Positions 1 through 8,868 of a stretch of 64,000 nucleotides of DNA are shown here, piece after piece. The DNA lies in IMG/VR virus record IMGVR_UViG_3300027734_003164, positions 128,001-192,000 of that record; one strand, 5' to 3'. Origin of the DNA: a virus. Its lineage: Duplodnaviria; Caudoviricetes. The notes beneath the pieces were generated by a model, which saw only the letters and a list, made by a program, of their open reading frames with translations, was not told where the DNA came from and did no database searches. The position numbers and the translations under genes were made by a program. The stretch's first letter is position 1, and every line of letters begins with the position of its first letter.

Positions 1-4
1 AAGT

Positions 5-38
5 TAATAAAAATCGGGCTTAGGTAGAAAACCCGATT
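5..38 (-). terminator. Rho-independent terminator after SSB gene
   Basis: Minus strand AATCGGGTTT-loop-AAGCCCGATT (one G-U pair) followed by TTTATT, 13 nt after the SSB stop. Confidence 0.75.
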
Positions 39-51
39 ATGTTTGTTTGAT

Positions 52-906
52 TTAGAATGGTAAATCTTCTGATGGTTCTTCGTTTGCTTGTGGGTCAACA
101 ACAGGAGCAGTTTCTTGTTTTGAGCCTCCAAGTGAAATCTCAGACTCTTCTCCGTAAACATATTTTTTTAGTTCAGATGACCAAATTGGAGTTTCCCCAA
201 CAGCAACTGCCTCTAAATATTCTACGGGTTTTTTAGAATATACATCATTCCATGTAAGTTCATCTTGAATCCATCCTTCCATGATTGCCTTATCCTCATG
301 TAGTGGTTGTGGGTCATCATACATAATAGTTTGAATTACTGTGTACTCTTTTCCTTGTGGTGTTTTTGCCCTTGTAAGTTCAATAATTAAATCACGACCT
401 TTTTCGGCATTGGTTACATCGCCTTTAGCTTTCCAAATAGGTAAAATTTTATCTAAAACACCTTCTTGTTTGTAGTTGTGTTTGAATCTCCAAAACTTAA
501 CCCCGTCTTGTTCATTATCTCGGTCAATAACTTTTACAATGTAAAATAAACGTGAACGGTATTGTGATGCCAATTCTTTGTCTTCTTTTTTACCTGTCGA
601 AATCAATTCGTTATAAACTTCACTTAATGGTGAACGGTCATTGTCGTTTTTCTCTGGGTCATACAACTTAACCCATTGTCCGTTTACTTGGATTTCATGA
701 TACCAAACTTCAACAAATGGTGATGAACCATCTTTTGTAGGTAAGATACGGATTCTTCGTGATGCGGATTTTTCATTCTTTTGAAGAATTGCAGAAAAAT
801 ACTTCTTCAATCTGTCTTCTTGGGAAATGTTTGTTTTTGTGCTGTTGCTCGATGTTGAATTTTTTTCGTACTGAGCAAGTACTGAATCTAATACTGAATT
901 TGCCAT
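52..906 (-). CDS. T4 gp32-like single-stranded DNA-binding protein
   Basis: RRIRILP...PF...H...VIDRD.E..GVK.W pattern of gp32-type SSBs; acidic C-terminus ending EPSEDLPF. Confidence 0.8.
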   Translation of the reverse strand: MANSVLDSVLAQYEKNSTSSNSTKTNISQEDRLKKYFSAILQKNEKSASRRIRILPTKDGSSPFVEVWYHEIQVNGQWVKLYDPEKNDNDRSPLSEVYNELISTGKKEDKELASQYRSRLFYIVKVIDRDNEQDGVKFWRFKHNYKQEGVLDKILPIWKAKGDVTNAEKGRDLIIELTRAKTPQGKEYTVIQTIMYDDPQPLHEDKAIMEGWIQDELTWNDVYSKKPVEYLEAVAVGETPIWSSELKKYVYGEESEISLGGSKQETAPVVDPQANEEPSEDLPF

Positions 907-941
907 AAATAAATTTTTAATTATTACTCTTTTATCTATGA

Positions 942-972
942 AAAATATAAGTGAAATTTCGTTTTTGTCAAA
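942..972 (-). promoter_or_regulatory. Bacteroidota-type housekeeping promoter for SSB
   Basis: TTTG-N19-TATATTTT on the minus strand; resembles the Bacteroidota -33 TTTG / -7 TAnnTTTG consensus. Confidence 0.6.
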
Positions 973-998
973 TAAAAAAGGGAAGATAATTCTTCCCT
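973..998 (-). terminator. Rho-independent terminator
   Basis: AGGGAAGA-ATTA-TCTTCCCT perfect stem followed by TTTTT on the minus strand, after the 1023..1733 stop. Confidence 0.8.
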
Positions 999-1022
999 CA
1001 AAAATATAATTATGAAAAATAG

Positions 1023-1733
1023 TTAGTAAGTATTTTCATCGTCATCTTGGTCAAAAATACCAAATGTTTTTTTAACTTCATTCGGTGAATAGTTTTCAAC
1101 CTCATCTGAAGTTAATATATATTCTTCTTTTCCTTGTTTTTCAAAGTCTTCTTTTTTGTCTTCAAAATAATCTGTCAATTTTTGATTATAAGGGTAAGAA
1201 TCAAGTGAACGTAACATCAATTTTTCTTCAGGTGACTTCGGTCTACTTTTTTCTACTTTACTTTCGATTGAGTCTATTTTTGACATTATTTGGTCCATCT
1301 GATTTAATTTTGTTTCTAAATCATTCAATTTAGAAAACATACTATCCATGAACTCTTCTTGTTTGGTTTTAATTTCTTCTTGAGTCGTTACTAAGTCTGT
1401 AATATCTATTTCTTCAGTACCCCCTTCTTCTTCATCTTTTTTTGTATCAACTTCTTCAACATCAGGGTCTGACTCAACATCTACTGGTTCGGGTATTGCG
1501 TCGGCTCCTCCTGCGTCAGGTGCTGGTGGTGTTGCTCCTGCGTCAGGTGCTGGTGGTGTTGCTCCTGCATCAGGTGCGGGTGCTCCTGCGTCAGGTGCGG
1601 GTGCTCCTGCGTCAGGTGCGGGTGGAGCTCCTCCTGCATCAGGTGCTGGCGGTGCAACTTCTTGTTCATTAATATATCCTGTAATTTGGTTAAAACGTTT
1701 TAACTCTTCTAAAATTTGTCTTTCTATACTCAT
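1023..1733 (-). CDS. Acidic Pro/Ala-rich protein with coiled coil; possible prohead core/scaffold-type protein
   Basis: 236-aa ORF with six PAPDAG repeats, an acidic tract and a heptad region (LNDLETKLNQMDQIMSKIDSIESKV); function inferred only. Confidence 0.5.
   Translation of the reverse strand: MSIERQILEELKRFNQITGYINEQEVAPPAPDAGGAPPAPDAGAPAPDAGAPAPDAGATPPAPDAGATPPAPDAGGADAIPEPVDVESDPDVEEVDTKKDEEEGGTEEIDITDLVTTQEEIKTKQEEFMDSMFSKLNDLETKLNQMDQIMSKIDSIESKVEKSRPKSPEEKLMLRSLDSYPYNQKLTDYFEDKKEDFEKQGKEEYILTSDEVENYSPNEVKKTFGIFDQDDDENTY
1504..1655 (-). repeat. Coding tandem repeat (PAPDAG x6; 21- and 27-bp units)
   Basis: Units gctcctgcgtcaggtgcgggt (21 bp) and gctcctgcgtcaggtgctggtggtgtt (27 bp), all in frame. 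Confidence 0.9.
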
Positions 1734-1735
1734 TT

Positions 1736-1960
1736 TTATCCATTTAATAATGTTTTAACCCCTTGTGGAGTTTCGACTTTTAATGTTCTATTTGTTTTCA
1801 TAGTATTGTCCACTCTTTCAATTAGACCATCTTTCATTCTAATTGTATAACAATCACCAGTTTCCAAATCACAAACTTCTTGATACCCATTACCTTTATC
1901 TCTTTGTGTAATTTTTGTATCTTTTCTTAGATAATTATCTAATAACATTTTTATTTCCAT
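1736..1960 (-). CDS. Hypothetical late protein (74 aa)
   Basis: ATG ORF preceded by a TATTTATA motif and A-rich leader; ends 2 nt before the next gene. Confidence 0.75.
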   Translation of the reverse strand: MEIKMLLDNYLRKDTKITQRDKGNGYQEVCDLETGDCYTIRMKDGLIERVDNTMKTNRTLKVETPQGVKTLLNG

Positions 1961-1971
1961 AGTTTTTTTTA

Positions 1972-1979
1972 TATAAATA
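1972..1979 (-). promoter_or_regulatory. Putative late promoter TATTTATA
   Basis: Same motif recurs upstream of about 11 structural or late genes in this window. Confidence 0.7.
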
Positions 1980-1984
1980 TTATG

Positions 1985-4900
1985 TTATGGGAAAAATATA
2001 CCATAACTATTTTTAAATTGGACAAAATATCTATTATAAATATCTTGTATGTCAGGGAACGACGAATTTACTTTGTCATTTTTTCTAGTTATGAAATCAT
2101 TTGTTGTGGTTGGTAAATTAACATAAAAACCTACTCCCCCTCCAGGATTAACAAATCTTCCTTCAAACCAAAACAAAGTAAATAAAGTGTATGCTTCTGC
2201 ATATTTTTCAACATCTGTGGTATTTGTACTGAAAGTTTTTAGTTGTTCTATAATAGGTAAAAAACTTTGAACTTGAGCATGTATAAATTGTGTTGGTACT
2301 ACAAAGTCAGAAAACGATGCATAAGGTCTAGAGGATGTATCATTTTCTAAAGCCGTTGTTAAACACACTTGTTGAGCTATAAGTGCATTTAAGTCTGCGG
2401 TATAGTTGTTTGAAGTTGATATTTCATATAAATTATAATTTGGTGGGTTACAAACAACTTGGTCAATTTTATTATTTATTCTAGTAAACGCAATACCAAA
2501 ATAAAGAGGTCGTAGTTTTTCTTGAGCCGATGGAATATTTGTCGTTAATAAAGTTTTTAAATCTTCAACCGTTATTGGTGTTATATTAATTCCAACAAAT
2601 GGTGTAGTTGTAAACGTTGTTGCTGAAAGACAAATATTTTCAGGACTTTGTAACGCTCCGGGTTGTACCGTACCTTGTTGTGTGTTCACATTTGTGATTG
2701 GTTCTGTTGTCTTAACTTCTTTTAATATTAATTCTTTATATGCGTTTATATAATTTTGATTGACAGTATCTAATAGACTATTTGGTTGTGGTAAACTATA
2801 TCTTGATATTCTTGGCCCTGAAATCGTTGTGGAAAATTTAGTCTGAGTAACATTGTGTTTTACAGATAAAACCATATACGGACCATAGAATAATGGTACA
2901 TGTCTTAAGTTAAAATACATGGTCGGTTGCATCATGGCGTTACCCATCATTTCAATACTAACATTATAACTTCTACTTTTATATATACTATAAAGTGAAA
3001 CGGATTGTTGAGCTACTTTGTCTCCTGACACAGATGCCCCAAATTGTGCTGCGATTTTATTTGATTCTGCGGTGTTTTTCTTTTCAGACATATCTATCGA
3101 AACACTTTTGAAAATACTTTGGTTTTGAGTTCCGTAATCAACACTAAAACCTACTACTCTATTTTTTTTGGAGTAGTCTTCCTCGGGGTTAGATGGTACC
3201 CTTAATGGGTTGTCTGAAGATTTTCTTATATCAAATGTATCACTTGCAAACTTTGAAAATGAAGAATTGCTTGCAACAAACTCTGACGGTTTACCTGTAT
3301 ATAGTAATAAAAATTTTGGGGTTGCTTTTAAATAATCAACATCCAAAAAGGTTCCAAACAATGTTTCAGTTGCGTCAACAGGTAATGGTGTACTTTTTGC
3401 CACCGCCTGTTGTATGCCGTAAAAATTAACGTATGCGGGTAAAGCAAAGAAAACCATATTGTTTTGCGAACATATTTGAGATATTAATGATAAATAATTT
3501 TGGTTGTCGTTTGATTTTAAATAACCTTTAATTTTTTCTAAGTCGATAGTAAACTCATCACCAATATCTCGACCCGCCTTATCTTGAAATAAAAAATCTT
3601 CAAATATTGTTTTATTTAAAAAATCAGTACCTGAAATCCATTTATCATTCATTGTTTTTAAAACAGAATATTGTTCTAACTTACCAACATCACCTGAAGT
3701 CGCATTTTTAATAGGTGTTGTATTAGTTGTTGTCGTAGGTAAGTCTACATTTAATTTACTGAAAGTTTGTGTTAAATTCTCCGAATTAAAATTTTGTTGT
3801 TGTAATAAAAAATTATTAATTGATTGTTGGAACTTTAATTTATTTAAAGTTGCATCTTCAGCCTTTTGTTTTGCAAATAATCTAATTAGTGGAAATAACG
3901 CTTCAATGTTCGCCTCCGTAAATTCAATATCCATTCCATTATTTGCCGTAAAAAAATCTGTAATTACACTTCCTGTATTTGTATATTGGAATGGTATTTG
4001 GTTAAAAACTCCCACATATTTTCTAAGAGCATTCCACGCATCTCTGTTGTTTGCAATACTTATTGTTAATGTAGGTGAGCCAACTGTCCCATCACCAGGT
4101 AATGACCCAGGTATATATGGATTAAGAGTTAAAGGGTTTAAAGGTTGGAATGTAGGATTGTTACTTATATAGTTAAAAACCCTTCGTTTAAAATTACCGG
4201 GGTTACCCATTTTAAGAACACATTCAAAATTTAAAAAATCTACGACTTTTGGAAAAAAGTTAGATATTTGTTTTTCAGCCAAAAGTAAACCATCTTGTGA
4301 TTCATCGTTTAGTAATGTCACACTATTTTTTGGCACCATAAATAAGGATTCCATTTGATTAAAAAGTCGTTTTTCTGTCACATTTCTAACTGAACCAGGA
4401 TTGGTATAGTTAGAGTTTGTTTGTTCTTCATTTAAAATTAAATCAGATACTGCCGGTGTTGGGTTACAAAAGTTTAAGAATAAATTTTCAAACTTGTCTA
4501 AAATTTCCGGTTCAAATACCGCAAATATTTCTTCTATATTAGAATATGTTGATTGTGCATTTTTTAATTCGAAACTTAAATTTTTACTGTTGTTTGTGTA
4601 AACAACTTTTAAATATTCATTAAATGCGGGTTTTTTAATTAAAGAATTTTTAAAATAACCAAACTGTGATACACCCCAAAGTGGTCTAACACTTCCATTA
4701 TAAACTGCCTTGTTATTAAAAACTTCTTCTTTAATTTTATTTGTTGCATCAAAACATTCAAAATTCATTTGGTTTATATTGATTCCCCCTGTTGATGGGA
4801 TTAACAAAAACTTTTGATTGCTTTCGGGATTATCAAAATAGGCGTAGTAATTTTTGTTCACAAACGCTCTGTTTGGATTTTGTAAATCAAATCCAAAGTT

Positions 4901-7900
4901 ATAGAATTTTCCTGAAGTTGAGTTTGTACCTATTTTTAAACCTACTGTATTATACGCATCTAAAAAAGACTGATAGGTTGGTGTGTTTAAAATGGTCAAA
5001 TCTTTGTTAAAGAAAAATCGATAAACATTATTAATTACTTTAGGATACACCCCTAAAGTGACATTATCCATTGTTTGATTAACATTTGGTATTAGTGTTG
5101 TTGTACTTTGTAATTTAATTTCTACTTGAGTTGTTCCTCCAGTATATGATGGAAAAATTAATTTACTATTCGCATTAGGTGTTGTCCCTGTTGTGTCATA
5201 ACTTTTTAAATAATCAAAATCGGTCCAAATTGTATTATCTAATATGTCATTTCCAGTTTCGATGAATTTTTTGTACCTATGCCATATACTTCCATATTTT
5301 AAAACCCAAGCATATGGTAGTCGGTGAATTGATGAAAACTTGTTAAAGGTTGACGCCAAATAATCTAAATCTGTTGCTACGGAACTTGTGTCATCAAAAC
5401 TTTTAATTTTTTCTCTTGTTGTAATTAAAGGTAATGAATTTAAATATAAATAACCTAATGCTGCGTAAGGGTCTGAAACGTTTGTTTTTTGATTTTCAAC
5501 TCCTTGAACTAAAGCATTAACAAAATATGGAGTATTCAATAATGATGTTGTTTGTATCTTTGTTGCCACTTGACCACTATATTCATTCCCATAATCAAAA
5601 ATACTTTCGGTAAAATATAAGTCTTTTTCTTTTCTTGTTGAATAAAAATTACTCAAAGAAGTTTGTGAGTTTACTGGTACACTTGTATTCAAGTTTGTCA
5701 TGAAAGGTTGTGTAAAATTTTTAAACTCATACTTAGAAACAAAAACATTAATATTTTTAGTGTTTTCTGTTTCGTTTACCCTCGCTATTGTTTTTTTCTC
5801 ATCTAAATAAACATAACTTGATGTTTTATTAAAGTCGTTTATTGATGAAATGCTATCGCCACCTTGTAAATTTGTCTTTAACCAATTAACATTTGTTATT
5901 GGGTAGTTGTCTAAAAAATAAGTGTCGGTGGCCGGCGTACCGTTTATAAAATTTTTGATTGAATCGGGTAGTGGTACATTCCCGTCTATGGCAATTGATG
6001 AATTGGATAATGTGTCAATACTATAAACGTCATTATAAACATCAACATTTTGTGTTCCATCATTTAATTCTAATAAATTTTTTATGTACTCTGTGGTAAA
6101 AACTGAGTCAGAATAAAGTGTCCATCTTGTACCAGTACCATTATTTGAAATTTTTCTTAATGTTTGTAAAAAATTAACGTAGGTGAATGAAAATTCTTTT
6201 AAAATTTTAGTGAGTGCCAAATTACTTTGTACTGTTTGTTTTATATTTTCAGCTTCTAAATTTCCCAAGAAAACAGGTATTTGTTCTTGGTTATATCCAT
6301 TTCTATTTAATTTAGCATAATACGCACCTAAATAACTTCTTTCAAAAATTTCATATAAATAACTTTGTTCTTGTGTATTAACGTATGGTGTTGTTTTGAA
6401 TGGAAATTCTACCGCATTTATAGATAAAACTTTACTTAACGATGCCGGATTATTATATACGTTTGCAGATTTTGGTGTTGTTTTTTGTACTATCGCGTTA
6501 ATGTATTCCTCAGTAAACGCAACTTCAGGCCATACAACACTATCAAAACCTTTTGTAGTGTTTATTACTGAACTATCTCCAGGATATTTTATAACGTATA
6601 ACTCTGAACCATCTTTTTGTGCTTCTTTTAAAAAATATTGTGGCCAAGGATAAACCACATTTAAATCGTTAAGTTGGTTTGTACCGTTTACCAAATTTTT
6701 AGAATCTACTCCAAAATTTTTTGATGCCGGTATAATTGATTCTAACCTTATTGGGTTTGTTCTTTGATTCCATGCGCTTGTGTGGGTGTCTTCCATAAGT
6801 CTATAAAACCCATCTAATCCGGCAAATAAAACTGCCATAACGTTTCTTATAGTTGGTATAAACCCTAAAACATTTGGTCCATTTACTATTTGGTCACTTA
6901 AAAACTGAGTGAGAGACTTTTCTATTTCTGCATTTTTTTTATTTAACTCATCATTAATTTTTTGAATCTTATCTAAAAAACTATTTGCAATATAATTGTT
7001 AGAACTTCCAACTTTATCACCAAATTTGTAATATTGGGGAAAATCATTAACCACATTGTTGGTTGTTGTGTCAAGTAAAAAATTTGGATTAAGGCTTTTA
7101 AAGTCGGCAATAGATTTATTTAATTGGTTGTCTGTTGGATTAGTACCGTAATTAACAACATACGTTTCTCTAAAGTCTGCATCTGTTAATGTATTATAAT
7201 CTATCTCTTCAAAAATATCATTAATTGAAAATTTAATCGGTATTTCACCAGGTATATTTCCCTTATTAGGTAATTTATATTGTCCTCCCGTTCCAAAACT
7301 TTTGTTATTTTTTAATAAAGTAACATAGTTATTTATTGCGGTTTCAACGCGTTGTTTATATTTTGCCCTATCTGCAAATGAAATGTTTTCTTTATATGGG
7401 TAATAAATTTGTCCTTTGTATAATTTTTCTGATGTATCTAAAAAGTCAGTTATTGAATTGGCGTAGACTTCGTTTCTTAATTTATTTAAGTTTGTCTGAA
7501 AATCAGCAACATCATTCATTACTGTAAAATCTGCCTTTTTTAATGCGTCCGCTAATGCTGTAGGTAGGTTTTCTATTCTAGCAATAAATTCCTCTAAAGT
7601 TATTTCAGGAAAATCGGAGGTAATTAACCCCTTACTTTTATAAATAGAATACGCTTCTCTCATTTTTTGTAATCCGACTGATTCAACAACAGTGGTTGAA
7701 TTGTTTGTATTTATACCGTTATTTGAGGAGTTTGAAGTACTTTGAGTAACTACTGTTTCTGTTTGAAACATTTTTGGTGAGTTTCTAGCGTATCCTATTA
7801 TACTGTCGGCGAGTATCGCGCTATTTCTACTTAAAAGTTTAAGAGTAATTTTAAAATTACCACTCGATGGTTCAAAACTCGCGTTAAAATCGGTTAAACT

Positions 7901-8560
7901 TAATTGATACCTAATTGCTTTTCCATAATATCCTTTCAAGGTTAAAAAAAACGGAGGATATGGTAAGTTAAAAAAAACAGAATATAATGAATTGTCTCCT
8001 TGTTCAAATAAAGCTCGACCTCTAATATCTTCCATAGATATTTCTACGTTTGTAACATTAGCCGGTGTTACGTCAACTTTTATTTCTGTAATACCTAAAG
8101 TTTGAGTATCTTCATAGTTTAAAACTTTTTGTTTAAAAACAGTATTTCCATCTTGATTAATTTGGTATTCAGAGTTTTGATTAATTCCTTGACCTTGTCT
8201 AACACCTCTACCTGTAAATTCATCTGACCAACTCGTATCAAATGCTTTTTTACCTTTGGGTCTTAAAAAATTAAGTTTCAAATCTTCAGGAAAAGTAGAT
8301 AAGGATGCGATTTGTGAATTATAAACAGGATTATCAAAACTATCACCAATTGCTAATTTTGTTCTTGGTATAATTTGTGTTTCTAAATTCGCATAAAAAA
8401 CAAGATTTTCTTGTTGAACGTATCTATCTTTAACATTGTTGTCTGCATCAACAACTTTGTTAGGGTCAATTAAAATAATATTATCGTAGTCGGCTTCAAC
8501 TAGAATTTTATTTTCTTTGTTATATATTTGTCTGAATTTTGTTGGGTCATTAACGGCCAT
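1985..8560 (-). CDS. Giant baseplate hub protein (T4 gp27 / P2 gpD-like), 2191 aa
   Basis: N-terminal ISMEDIRGRALFE...F.LTLKGYYG and C-terminal IEMMGNAMMQPTMYF...GPYMVLSVKH...FSTTISGPR resemble hub termini; position after tape measure and wedge genes. Confidence 0.7.
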   Translation of the reverse strand: MAVNDPTKFRQIYNKENKILVEADYDNIILIDPNKVVDADNNVKDRYVQQENLVFYANLETQIIPRTKLAIGDSFDNPVYNSQIASLSTFPEDLKLNFLRPKGKKAFDTSWSDEFTGRGVRQGQGINQNSEYQINQDGNTVFKQKVLNYEDTQTLGITEIKVDVTPANVTNVEISMEDIRGRALFEQGDNSLYSVFFNLPYPPFFLTLKGYYGKAIRYQLSLTDFNASFEPSSGNFKITLKLLSRNSAILADSIIGYARNSPKMFQTETVVTQSTSNSSNNGINTNNSTTVVESVGLQKMREAYSIYKSKGLITSDFPEITLEEFIARIENLPTALADALKKADFTVMNDVADFQTNLNKLRNEVYANSITDFLDTSEKLYKGQIYYPYKENISFADRAKYKQRVETAINNYVTLLKNNKSFGTGGQYKLPNKGNIPGEIPIKFSINDIFEEIDYNTLTDADFRETYVVNYGTNPTDNQLNKSIADFKSLNPNFLLDTTTNNVVNDFPQYYKFGDKVGSSNNYIANSFLDKIQKINDELNKKNAEIEKSLTQFLSDQIVNGPNVLGFIPTIRNVMAVLFAGLDGFYRLMEDTHTSAWNQRTNPIRLESIIPASKNFGVDSKNLVNGTNQLNDLNVVYPWPQYFLKEAQKDGSELYVIKYPGDSSVINTTKGFDSVVWPEVAFTEEYINAIVQKTTPKSANVYNNPASLSKVLSINAVEFPFKTTPYVNTQEQSYLYEIFERSYLGAYYAKLNRNGYNQEQIPVFLGNLEAENIKQTVQSNLALTKILKEFSFTYVNFLQTLRKISNNGTGTRWTLYSDSVFTTEYIKNLLELNDGTQNVDVYNDVYSIDTLSNSSIAIDGNVPLPDSIKNFINGTPATDTYFLDNYPITNVNWLKTNLQGGDSISSINDFNKTSSYVYLDEKKTIARVNETENTKNINVFVSKYEFKNFTQPFMTNLNTSVPVNSQTSLSNFYSTRKEKDLYFTESIFDYGNEYSGQVATKIQTTSLLNTPYFVNALVQGVENQKTNVSDPYAALGYLYLNSLPLITTREKIKSFDDTSSVATDLDYLASTFNKFSSIHRLPYAWVLKYGSIWHRYKKFIETGNDILDNTIWTDFDYLKSYDTTGTTPNANSKLIFPSYTGGTTQVEIKLQSTTTLIPNVNQTMDNVTLGVYPKVINNVYRFFFNKDLTILNTPTYQSFLDAYNTVGLKIGTNSTSGKFYNFGFDLQNPNRAFVNKNYYAYFDNPESNQKFLLIPSTGGININQMNFECFDATNKIKEEVFNNKAVYNGSVRPLWGVSQFGYFKNSLIKKPAFNEYLKVVYTNNSKNLSFELKNAQSTYSNIEEIFAVFEPEILDKFENLFLNFCNPTPAVSDLILNEEQTNSNYTNPGSVRNVTEKRLFNQMESLFMVPKNSVTLLNDESQDGLLLAEKQISNFFPKVVDFLNFECVLKMGNPGNFKRRVFNYISNNPTFQPLNPLTLNPYIPGSLPGDGTVGSPTLTISIANNRDAWNALRKYVGVFNQIPFQYTNTGSVITDFFTANNGMDIEFTEANIEALFPLIRLFAKQKAEDATLNKLKFQQSINNFLLQQQNFNSENLTQTFSKLNVDLPTTTTNTTPIKNATSGDVGKLEQYSVLKTMNDKWISGTDFLNKTIFEDFLFQDKAGRDIGDEFTIDLEKIKGYLKSNDNQNYLSLISQICSQNNMVFFALPAYVNFYGIQQAVAKSTPLPVDATETLFGTFLDVDYLKATPKFLLLYTGKPSEFVASNSSFSKFASDTFDIRKSSDNPLRVPSNPEEDYSKKNRVVGFSVDYGTQNQSIFKSVSIDMSEKKNTAESNKIAAQFGASVSGDKVAQQSVSLYSIYKSRSYNVSIEMMGNAMMQPTMYFNLRHVPLFYGPYMVLSVKHNVTQTKFSTTISGPRISRYSLPQPNSLLDTVNQNYINAYKELILKEVKTTEPITNVNTQQGTVQPGALQSPENICLSATTFTTTPFVGINITPITVEDLKTLLTTNIPSAQEKLRPLYFGIAFTRINNKIDQVVCNPPNYNLYEISTSNNYTADLNALIAQQVCLTTALENDTSSRPYASFSDFVVPTQFIHAQVQSFLPIIEQLKTFSTNTTDVEKYAEAYTLFTLFWFEGRFVNPGGGVGFYVNLPTTTNDFITRKNDKVNSSFPDIQDIYNRYFVQFKNSYGIFFP

Positions 8561-8867
8561 AATAAAAAATATGTGTATCTAATGCACTTTTGTAGCCTTG
8601 TAGAGCACTTATTAATGGGAATGGTATTATTAATACCGCACCGTCAGGAATATTTGTTTCTAAACCGCCATATATTGGATTTGCTGTTAATATTAACCAA
8701 CCAAAATATGGTGTTCCATATTTTTCATAACTTATTTTATCTAATCTACTTTTATTTTTTGTGTAAATGTATCTTTGGTCTGACGCTCTGACGGGTAGAT
8801 TAACAAATGGAACTACCGTCTGTTGACCGTTAATTAAAAAATTTTGGTATCTGTTGTAGTATTGCAT
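8550..8867 (-). CDS. Baseplate wedge protein, gp53 / P2 gpX (LysM-like)
   Basis: SRLDKISYEKYGTPYFGWLILTANP matches the RLD.I...YG....W.I..AN pattern; canonical position between tube initiator and hub. Confidence 0.8.
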   Translation of the reverse strand: MQYYNRYQNFLINGQQTVVPFVNLPVRASDQRYIYTKNKSRLDKISYEKYGTPYFGWLILTANPIYGGLETNIPDGAVLIIPFPLISALQGYKSALDTHIFYYGR

Positions 8868-8868
8868 A

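Noticed and set aside
1504-1655. Short GC-rich direct repeats as a CRISPR array
   Set aside because: No unique spacers; unit lengths are multiples of 3 and encode PAPDAG inside an ORF
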